DNA of 14,504 bases, from the NCBI GenBank assembly GCA_019752375.1, contig JAIEMG010000282.1:1-14504 (forward strand). The letters are read 5' to 3'. Within the stretch, counting starts at the first letter, position 1. Every line of letters begins with the position of its first letter. The position numbers and the translations under genes are program-made. Origin of the DNA: Gemmataceae bacterium. GTDB lineage: Bacteria; Planctomycetota; Planctomycetia; Gemmatales; Gemmataceae. The notes beneath the pieces were generated by a model. The model was not told where the DNA came from and did no database searches. It was given only the letters and a program-made list of their open reading frames with translations. Positions 1 to 6,219 of the stretch are shown here, piece by piece.

Positions 1-58
1 GGAGCGTGAGCGACCGGAGTTCTTCGAGACCTTAAAGAACTCCGGTCGCTCACGCTCC
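1..58. repeat. REP-like perfect palindrome: 24-nt arms GGAGCGTGAGCGACCGGAGTTCTT / AAGAACTCCGGTCGCTCACGCTCC with a 10-nt loop. Same family as the element at 14394-14465.
   Basis: Read directly: arm 1-24 is the exact reverse complement of 35-58. 22 of 24 arm positions are identical to the arm of the palindrome at the other end of the window. Confidence 0.7.
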
Positions 59-80
59 CGGCTCGCCCGCCGAGGATTCA

Positions 81-692
81 ATGACCGAAGCCGAGTGGTT
101 GGCCTGTGCCGATCCGACGCCGATGCTCCATTCCCTGCTCGGCAAGACCAGCGCTCGCAAGTTGAGCCTTTTCGCCTGTGCCTGCGGCCGACAAGTCTGG
201 CACCTGATGGACGACCGCCGGCGCAAGGCCATTGAAACCACCGAGCGCTATGCGGACGGACTTTCCAATCAGCCGGCACGGCCGAATGACGTGACATCCG
301 CGCTGGGTACCGCGACCAGCTCGGCGGCACTGGCTCGTGAGGCCACCCGCCGAGCCGATTATCTCGCCGCGGCAGCCCAACGCGCTGCCACGGGCCGCGG
401 CCCCGCCCCGTCCGACATGGTCTATCCCACCGGCCCCAATCCCGAGATGCTGAAACAGGCGGCCCTGCTGCGTGAAATCGTCGGCAATCCTTATCGTCCC
501 GCGGCGGCGGCGAATCGCTGGCCGCCGACCGTGATGCAGTTCGCCTCCGCACTCTACGCCGGCGAAGACTTCTCTCAGGCATTGCACGGCACCTTGCTTG
601 CGCTGGGACACAAGGCGCTGGCAGAGCATTTTCGGGCCAACGGCCATCCGCGCGGCTGCTGGGCCCTTGATGCGATCCTCGGCAAGAAGTGA
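81..692 (+). CDS. Cys-containing hypothetical protein of a lineage-specific paralog family (paralog A). Conserved N-terminus MTEAEWLAxxDPTPML...RKLxLFACAC...VW and C-terminal motifs LLREIVGNPYRP and HPRGCWALDAILGKK.
   Basis: 203-aa ORF. GAGGA lies 4 nt upstream of ATG 81. Clear paralogy to the ORF at 5300-5965 (same N-terminal 40 aa pattern, GNP[YF] motif, [HR]GCWxxDxxLG[KR] C-terminus). No signal peptide. Confidence 0.75.
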   Translation: MTEAEWLACADPTPMLHSLLGKTSARKLSLFACACGRQVWHLMDDRRRKAIETTERYADGLSNQPARPNDVTSALGTATSSAALAREATRRADYLAAAAQRAATGRGPAPSDMVYPTGPNPEMLKQAALLREIVGNPYRPAAAANRWPPTVMQFASALYAGEDFSQALHGTLLALGHKALAEHFRANGHPRGCWALDAILGKK

Positions 693-700
693 CGAAGCAA

Positions 701-1714
701 TCATTCGCCGCGAACGCCAACAAACGACGGAAACCTCGGCACACCGCCGTCGGACAGTTCCTGATAACGATAGGTGATGATGCTGCCGACGGGTGGAGGG
801 TTTTCCCGCTCCGCGTCGGAAAAGCCGGTGCCGACCGAGAACGTGGTGCCGTCCGCCATCTCCACCACCAACGCTCCCAGCCGCCCCTTGTGCTTGCCGG
901 CGCCGCCCACGTGCTTGAGCACCCGCGCCTCGGCGTCATGAAAGCTCTTCACCTTGAGCAGGGTCGAAGAGCGGCCCTTCTCGTAACGGGACTTTGCCCG
1001 CCGCATCATCAATCCCTCGCCACCCAGTGCTTCCAGACGCGCCAGCTCCGCGCGCAGATGGTCCAGACCCTTGCACAGCTGATGTTCGTGCGCCAGCGCG
1101 TACGCCGGCTGATCCTGCCGAATGCACTCGTTCGCAAACTCCAGGCGAGACTCGAAGTCTTTCTCCAGCTTGGGAGCGTCGAAGACGACGAAACGCACTT
1201 CCTTCCAGTGGTCGCTCTTGTCTTGCCGGCGCACAATGCTGACCGTGCGCTGGAATTTCTTGCGTCCGAGCCACAACTCGCCGTCAAGCGGCACCTTGGG
1301 CAATCCTGCGAGAAACCAGTCGGGGGCGTGGAAGGGATTGCCCAGCCGAGACCAGAACCGGGCGCCGTCCCAGAAGGCGCGAACGCCATCGAGCTTCTCG
1401 CTGAGCCACCAACCCGCCGGGTTGGTCACGCAGTCCCAGCTCTCCGCCAGCAGCAACGGCGGCGCCTTGGCTTCCTTCTCCTCTTTCCCCGCGCTCTTGG
1501 CGGGAGCGGGCACCGCGGCGCCGATGCGGGCCTCCTCGGCTGCATCGCCGCGCAGCTTGCGAAGATGCTTGCAGGTGCGTTGCTCGATCCCCAGCGACTG
1601 GTTGCGCCACGCCGGACAGCTGCACGAGTAGACGCCGCCGACGTTCTTGAGGACATAGGGCTTGCTGCCCGAGCCTTGCATCTCGCTGGATTCGCCATCT
1701 TGCAGGTCCGGCAT
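701..1714 (-). CDS. LigE-type (minimal) ATP-dependent DNA ligase with an N-terminal SWIM zinc finger instead of the usual signal peptide.
   Basis: Nucleotidyltransferase motifs: I SEKLDGVRAFWDG (KxDGxR), III FVVFDA, IV EGLMMR, V LLKVK, and OB-fold/motif VI GALVVEMADGTTFSVGTGFSD...RFPSFVGVR. The N-terminus has YSCSCPAWRNQSLGIEQRTCKH (CxC-x15-CxH, SWIM pattern). A strong SD, AGGGAGGA, lies 6 nt upstream of the ATG at 1714 (Met of MPDLQ), so the ORF-track start at 1798 is probably a non-coding extension. The opposite-strand ORF 689..1795 is a shadow. Confidence 0.85.
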   Translation of the reverse strand: MPDLQDGESSEMQGSGSKPYVLKNVGGVYSCSCPAWRNQSLGIEQRTCKHLRKLRGDAAEEARIGAAVPAPAKSAGKEEKEAKAPPLLLAESWDCVTNPAGWWLSEKLDGVRAFWDGARFWSRLGNPFHAPDWFLAGLPKVPLDGELWLGRKKFQRTVSIVRRQDKSDHWKEVRFVVFDAPKLEKDFESRLEFANECIRQDQPAYALAHEHQLCKGLDHLRAELARLEALGGEGLMMRRAKSRYEKGRSSTLLKVKSFHDAEARVLKHVGGAGKHKGRLGALVVEMADGTTFSVGTGFSDAERENPPPVGSIITYRYQELSDGGVPRFPSFVGVRGE

Positions 1715-1815
1715 GGGACGTCCTCCCTGGAGCGCTGGGGATGGAAAAGTTGGGATGAGTCTACCGTGCAAGCGGCCGACGCAAAAGGTGGGTAGCATTC
1801 AGACCCGCCTCCGCC

Positions 1816-1845
1816 ATTTTATTGACGGGTGCCACGGGTATTCAA
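1816..1845 (-). promoter_or_regulatory. Candidate sigma70-like promoter for the ligase gene: -35 TTGAAT, 18-nt spacer, -10 TAAAAT on the minus strand.
   Basis: An AT-rich island in otherwise GC-rich DNA, about 100 nt upstream of the ligase ATG. The hexamers were read from the reverse complement of 1816-1845. Weak evidence only. Confidence 0.25.
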
Positions 1846-1907
1846 ATGCCAACGTCTCACGCTTAGTACTACGCCGTCCCTTCCTCTGGACGGATCGGTG
1901 TGGGTTT

Positions 1908-1988
1908 CTGTAGCCGCAGGCTTCAGCCCGCGGAGTGAATGTACGGCACCTGCGACGCCACTCCGCAGGCTGAAGCCTGCGGCTACAG
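1908..1988 (-). terminator. Long hairpin with a 30-bp stem (1 mismatch) and a 21-nt loop, 34 nt downstream of the htpG stop. Putative intrinsic terminator with no U-tract.
   Basis: CTGTAGCCGCAGGCTTCAGCCCGCGGAGTG (1908-1937) is the reverse complement of 1959-1988 except at one position. It sits between the htpG 3' end and the ligase promoter region. Confidence 0.5.
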
Positions 1989-2022
1989 AAGCTAATGATA
2001 AATCGTGCTTTCTCGGCGTGAA

Positions 2023-3903
2023 TCAAATCCGCGCGTCCTTGACCACCAGGTCGTTGATGCGCTGGGCAAACGCCACCGGGTCCTTGACCTTGGAGCCTTC
2101 GGCAATCACGGCCTGATCGTAGAGAAGCCGGGCGTAGACCTCGAGACGCGCATCCGTGCGGTCGCGCTGCACCAGGTCGCGCAGGGCCTGGATGGCCGGG
2201 TGGTCGGGGTTGATCTCCAGCGCGCGCTGGCTGGGAGGAAGCTCCTTGCCTCTGCCCATGCGCTGGAGAAGGCGTTCCATGTGGGCGCCCATGCCCCACT
2301 CATCGGCCACCAGGCAGACGGCGCTATCCTTGAGCCGGTTCGATAGCCGCGCTTCCTTCACCTCGGTGAGCTTTTCCTTCAGATAGTCGAGCAACGGCTG
2401 GAAGTCCTTCTTCTTGTCCTCGTCCATCGCGCTATCCAGGCTGCCCTTGTCCACCGCCTTGAGCTTCTTGCCCTTGTACTCGGTCAGGGACTGCACCACG
2501 AACTCGTCCACCGGGTCGGTCAGGAGCAGGACTTCAGTGCCCTGGGCCTTGAAGCTTTCCAGGTACGGCGAGTGCTCCAACATCTCGCGATTCTCGCCAA
2601 TCAGGTAATAAATCTCCTTCTGCGTCTCCGGCATGGCCAGGAGATACTTGGCGAAGGTGGTGAACTGCCCGGACTCGGTGCGGGTCGACTCGTAAAGGAG
2701 CAGATCGGCGATCTTCTCCCGGTTGGACCAGTCCTGGTGAATTCCCTCTTTCAAGAAGACGCCCAGCTCTTGATAGAACGAGACATACGCGTCGTACTGG
2801 TCTCGTTTCATGTCCTCCAGGTTCTTCAGGACGTAGTTGACCAGGTTGCTCTTGATCTTGCTGAGCGGCGCGCTCTGTTGCAACAGTTCGCGCGACACGT
2901 TGAGCGGCAGGTCGGGCGAATCGACGACGCCCTTGACGAAGCGCAGGTAGAGCGGCAGCAGGGCTTCGCAATCGTCCATGATGAAGACGCGCTGAATGTA
3001 CAGCTGCAGCCCCTTCCGGGTGTCGCCGCCAAAGAGCATCTCGAACGGCTTGTGGGCCGGCAGGTACAGCAGTGCCTTGAACTCGACGGCGCCTTCCACC
3101 GAAAAGTGAATGATCCGGGCCGGCTCGTCGCTGTCGTGGGACAGGTGCTTGTAGAACTCCGCATGCTCCTCCTTGGTGACTTCCGCCTTGGGCCGCAGCC
3201 AGATGGCCTTGCGCGAATTGAGGGTTTCCTCGACGGTCGTCTTGTTCTTGCTCTCGTCTTCCTTGTCCACGTCGATGACGATGGGATGCTCGACGAAGTC
3301 AGAATACTTCTTGACGATCTCGCGGATCTTCCAGCTTTTCAGGAACTCCAGGTCCTCGTCGTGCAGGTGAAGGACCACGTCCGTACCGCGGGTGGCTTTG
3401 TCGATATCCGTGACGGAGAACTCGCCCTTCCCATCCGATTCCCACTGCACGCCGGCGCTGGTTGGATCTCCCGCCAGGCGGGAACGCACCGTCACCCGGT
3501 CGGCCACCATGAATGCGGAGTAGAAGCCGACGCCGAACTGGCCGATGAGCGCGGGCCGCGTCTGCGCATCCGACTTCTTGAGAGCATCGAGAAACGCCCG
3601 CGTTCCGGAGCGGGCAATGGTGCCGAGGTTCTCGACGATGGTCGCCTTCGACATGCCGATCCCATCGTCCGAGATGGTCAGGGTCTTGTTCTGCTCGTCC
3701 GCGATGATCTTGATCTTCCATTCGGACCGGCCTTCGAGCAGTTCCGGCTTGGTGAGCGACTGGAAGCGCAGCGTATCGATGGCATCACTGGCGTTGCTGA
3801 TGAGCTCCCGCAGGAAGATGTCCTTGTGGGAGTACAGCGAGTGAATGATGATGTCCAGGATCTGCTTCAGTTCGGTCTTGAATTGCAGTGTTTCCGCACT
3901 CAT
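2023..3903 (-). CDS. htpG: Molecular chaperone HtpG (bacterial Hsp90), full length, 626 aa.
   Basis: The N-terminus MSAETLQFKTELKQILDIIIHSLYSHKDIFLRELISNASDAIDTLR matches the canonical HtpG start and GHKL ATPase N-box. The G2 box IGQFGVGFYSAFMVAD, the middle and C-terminal dimerisation regions, and the length all agree. Confidence 0.97.
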   Translation of the reverse strand: MSAETLQFKTELKQILDIIIHSLYSHKDIFLRELISNASDAIDTLRFQSLTKPELLEGRSEWKIKIIADEQNKTLTISDDGIGMSKATIVENLGTIARSGTRAFLDALKKSDAQTRPALIGQFGVGFYSAFMVADRVTVRSRLAGDPTSAGVQWESDGKGEFSVTDIDKATRGTDVVLHLHDEDLEFLKSWKIREIVKKYSDFVEHPIVIDVDKEDESKNKTTVEETLNSRKAIWLRPKAEVTKEEHAEFYKHLSHDSDEPARIIHFSVEGAVEFKALLYLPAHKPFEMLFGGDTRKGLQLYIQRVFIMDDCEALLPLYLRFVKGVVDSPDLPLNVSRELLQQSAPLSKIKSNLVNYVLKNLEDMKRDQYDAYVSFYQELGVFLKEGIHQDWSNREKIADLLLYESTRTESGQFTTFAKYLLAMPETQKEIYYLIGENREMLEHSPYLESFKAQGTEVLLLTDPVDEFVVQSLTEYKGKKLKAVDKGSLDSAMDEDKKKDFQPLLDYLKEKLTEVKEARLSNRLKDSAVCLVADEWGMGAHMERLLQRMGRGKELPPSQRALEINPDHPAIQALRDLVQRDRTDARLEVYARLLYDQAVIAEGSKVKDPVAFAQRINDLVVKDARI

Positions 3904-4093
3904 GCCACGACCCCATGTGAATCAAATGCCGCGGGAAAAAGAGATACGGCCACATTAGCAAGAGACGTGCCGACAGACCGCCTTTGCAGGCGGCGGGAAT
4001 TAAAACATTGCGGCGTAAGCGATTGCGGCCATTCGGCAGATGACGCGCATCCGCATTTTTCAGCAACGCCTGCCAAACTGACGGGTGGGTTGG

Positions 4094-4175
4094 CATCGTC
4101 GGTGTGGCACGGACATTTCTGTCCGTGCCATTTCGCGGCTGCACGGACAGAAATGTCCGTGCCACTCGGACGATG
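4094..4175. promoter_or_regulatory. Composite ~82-bp palindrome made of two inverted copies of a GNRA-loop hairpin (TGGCACGGACA-TTTC-TGTCCGTGCCA at 4105-4130; GCACGGACA-GAAA-TGTCCGTGC at 4141-4162). Candidate operator or structured element in the htpG/WD40 divergent intergenic region.
   Basis: Read directly. Hairpin 2 is the reverse complement of hairpin 1, and the flanks CATCGTCGGTG / CACTCGGACGATG are also inverted. It lies about 190-270 bp upstream of the htpG start and about 150 bp upstream of the WD40 ATG. No CIRCE or HAIR element is present. Confidence 0.4.
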
Positions 4176-4322
4176 CCCGCTTCCGCGCCTCTAAACAATG
4201 GCATTCCGTTGACCCGCGTTGGGTGCCACGGCAAAGCAGGAAGCCGGCGTTTGCTCCTTGCATCGGGGCTACGGCTTCCGCAGAATACAGCCGAACTTCC
4301 AGACGCTTCCAGGGTACTCGCC

Positions 4323-5288
4323 ATGAATCCACTTCAGCGCCTTTGGCCGGTCCTGTTCCTCATCGCCGTGCCGCTTCTCGCTCAGGAGCCGGTTGCACTC
4401 AAGGGCCACACCGGCTGGGTCGCTGCCGTGGCGCTTGCGCCGGACGGCAAGACGGTCGCGTCGGCCAGTGCGGACAAAACGGTCAAGATCTGGGACACGG
4501 CCACCGGCAAGTTGCTGGCGACGATTCCCGCGCACGACGACTACGTCAGTGCCGTGGCGTTCTCGCGCGACGGCAAGACCCTGGCGACCGGCAGCTTCGA
4601 CCACATCGCCAAGCTCTGGAACGTGGAGAAGCGGGAGCTCCTGCACACCCTCAAGGGCCACAAAGGCGCTGTCATGGCCGTGGCATTCGCGCCCGACGGG
4701 GAGACGCTGGCGACCGGCGGCCTCGACGCGACGATTCAGTTCTGGGGCGTGGCCAAGGGCGCGAACCAGGGCAGCATCGCCAAGCACAAGACGTGGGTGA
4801 ACGCATTGACCTACTCGCAGGACGGCAAGCTCCTGGCATCCGGCAGCTCGGACGGCACCGTGAAGCTCTGGAACGCCAAGCGCGAAGAGACCGCCTCCTT
4901 CGACGTGGCCAAGCTCGGCGAGGTGCGTTCGGTGGCCCTCTCACCCGACGCCAAGACGGTGGCCGCCGGCGTGCGGTACGGCACCGTGAAGGTCTGGGAC
5001 GTAGCGACCGGCAAGGACAAGACGCTGAAGGGCCACGTCAGCGACGTCTGGGGCGTCGCGTTCCTGCCCGATGGCAAGACGTTGGCCAGCGGCGACGGCG
5101 ACTGGGACCAGCCCGGCGAGGTCAAGCTCTGGGACTTGGACACGGAAAAGGAAAAAGGCACCTTGAAGCATAGTGGCGAGGTGCTGTGCGTGGCCGTGTC
5201 GCGCGATGGCAAATGGCTGGCGGCGGGGAGCTGGGACAAGACGGTGAGGGTGTGGGAACTGGCGAAGGTGGTAGCGCCCAAGCAGTGA
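4323..5288 (+). CDS. Secreted seven-bladed WD40-repeat beta-propeller protein (Sec signal peptide).
   Basis: Signal peptide MNPLQRLWPVLFLIAVPLLAQEP. Seven repeats of LKGHxxxVxxVAFxPDGKTLASGSxDxTVKLWD ending in the WD dipeptide. The ATG at 4323 is in-frame inside the longer track ORF 4104..5288, and the upstream 73 codons are Arg-rich with no repeat. Confidence 0.9.
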   Translation: MNPLQRLWPVLFLIAVPLLAQEPVALKGHTGWVAAVALAPDGKTVASASADKTVKIWDTATGKLLATIPAHDDYVSAVAFSRDGKTLATGSFDHIAKLWNVEKRELLHTLKGHKGAVMAVAFAPDGETLATGGLDATIQFWGVAKGANQGSIAKHKTWVNALTYSQDGKLLASGSSDGTVKLWNAKREETASFDVAKLGEVRSVALSPDAKTVAAGVRYGTVKVWDVATGKDKTLKGHVSDVWGVAFLPDGKTLASGDGDWDQPGEVKLWDLDTEKEKGTLKHSGEVLCVAVSRDGKWLAAGSWDKTVRVWELAKVVAPKQ

Positions 5289-5299
5289 CTCATCAAGCC

Positions 5300-5965
5300 A
5301 TGACAGAAGCCGATTGGCTGGCCTCCACCGATCCTACGCCGATGCTGCGGTATCTGCGTGCCAAGGTCAGTGATCGAAAGCTCCGTCTCTTTGCTTGTGC
5401 TTGCTGTTACCGTGTTTGGCCGCTCATGATTGACGAATGTTGCCGCCATGCGGTGAAGATTGCGGAATGTTTCGCAGATGCTCAAGCCAGTTCGGCAGAA
5501 CTAGCCCAGGCGAAGGAGGCCGCGAAGGCAGCAGTCACGGACCCGACGCGGTTCGCGTCCTTGAATGCTGCTCGGGCCAAAGGCATGTGGAGTGCCGCCC
5601 GACTTGCGGCTAGGGCTGGAGCCCGTGCAAGGTTTTTCGAGGCCATTCAATCTTCAAATGCAGTTCGCGCGCCAACCCTGCTTCCTGTTTTCAACGCCGA
5701 GTCTCGAAGCCAGACATTACTTCTCAGAGACATCATCGGCAACCCTTTCCAATCGGTCACTCTCAACTCTGATCACCGAACGAACGCTGCCGTTGGCCTG
5801 GCCGAGGCCATCTACGCCGATCGCGCCTTCGACCGCCTGCCGATCCTCGCCGACGCCCTGGAAGACGCCGGCTGTACTGATGCCGACATCCTGAACCATT
5901 GCCGGCAACCCGGCGAGCACGTTCGCGGGTGCTGGGTGGTCGATCTTCTTTTGGGGAGATCATGA
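5300..5965 (+). CDS. Cys-rich hypothetical protein, paralog E of the 81-692 family, immediately downstream of the WD40 gene.
   Basis: MTEADWLASTDPTPMLRYLRAKVSDRKLRLFACACCYRVW...LLRDIIGNPFQS...HVRGCWVVDLLLGRS. It starts 12 nt after the WD40 stop with no obvious SD, consistent with coupled translation. The C-terminal LPILADALEDAGC segment is reminiscent of planctomycete/myxobacterial repeat-companion domains, but this is my impression only, without a search. Confidence 0.8.
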   Translation: MTEADWLASTDPTPMLRYLRAKVSDRKLRLFACACCYRVWPLMIDECCRHAVKIAECFADAQASSAELAQAKEAAKAAVTDPTRFASLNAARAKGMWSAARLAARAGARARFFEAIQSSNAVRAPTLLPVFNAESRSQTLLLRDIIGNPFQSVTLNSDHRTNAAVGLAEAIYADRAFDRLPILADALEDAGCTDADILNHCRQPGEHVRGCWVVDLLLGRS

Positions 5966-5975
5966 AGCGGGCATC

Positions 5976-6106
5976 GGCGAGCGTCGCGGCGTCAGCCCGA
6001 CGTGTTTTTAGCGAGCGTGCGGTGTGTTATGCACCGGGCATCAGTTCGGTAGGGCTGAGTGAGGATAGGGTGTGTTCCACGTCGGGCTGACGCCGCGACG
6101 CTCGCC
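5976..6106 (+). repeat. Perfect 29-bp inverted repeat (5976-6004 / 6078-6106) around a 73-nt spacer. Could be a terminator, structured RNA or a MITE-like element.
   Basis: GGCGAGCGTCGCGGCGTCAGCCCGACGTG is the exact reverse complement of CACGTCGGGCTGACGCCGCGACGCTCGCC. It lies between the paralog E stop and the Kelch/FN3 gene start. Confidence 0.5.
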
Positions 6107-6219
6107 TGTTCTGTCGATTCCCACTTACACAACCCCTGTGCCAATCGCCATCCCTCCTGGGCGCCGCGGCTCCGCGCGGTACGATCAGGCCGATTCGTTC
6201 CCACCTCGGAGGTCCCGCC

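Noticed and set aside
689-1795. Long opposite-strand ORFs overlapping real genes. The seven affected features are: ligase (689..1795+), htpG (2572..4194+), WD40 (4085..5173+), Kelch (6072..7445+ and 6589..7710-), PQQ-like (8288..9364+), yfcH (10092..11441-) and flotillin (12380..13645-).
   Set aside because: Typical shadow ORFs of ~65% GC DNA. Their products are Arg/Ala/Pro-rich low-complexity sequences with no motifs. The overlapping partners have unambiguous domain signatures and RBSs.
1715-1798. N-terminal extensions in the ORF track: ligase to 1798, WD40 from 4104, paralog E from 5186, PQQ-like to 9421, yfcH to 11212, flotillin from 11330.
   Set aside because: Good Shine-Dalgarno sites and domain or signal-peptide boundaries support the internal ATGs. 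The extensions are Arg/Pro-rich and would bury the SD in coding sequence.
3904-4093. Search for CIRCE, HAIR or sigma32 heat-shock elements upstream of htpG. CCCCATGT occurs at 3910-3917 on the plus strand.
   Set aside because: No CIRCE or HAIR match. The CCCCATNT-like hexamer is on the wrong strand for htpG and lacks a matching CTTGAAA -35.
4323-5288. Periodic ~120-nt DNA repeats (GGCAAGACG...CTCTGGAAC) that could resemble a repeat array.
   Set aside because: These are the seven WD40 blades of a single in-frame CDS, with degenerate repeats and no spacer or repeat architecture. This is not a CRISPR array.
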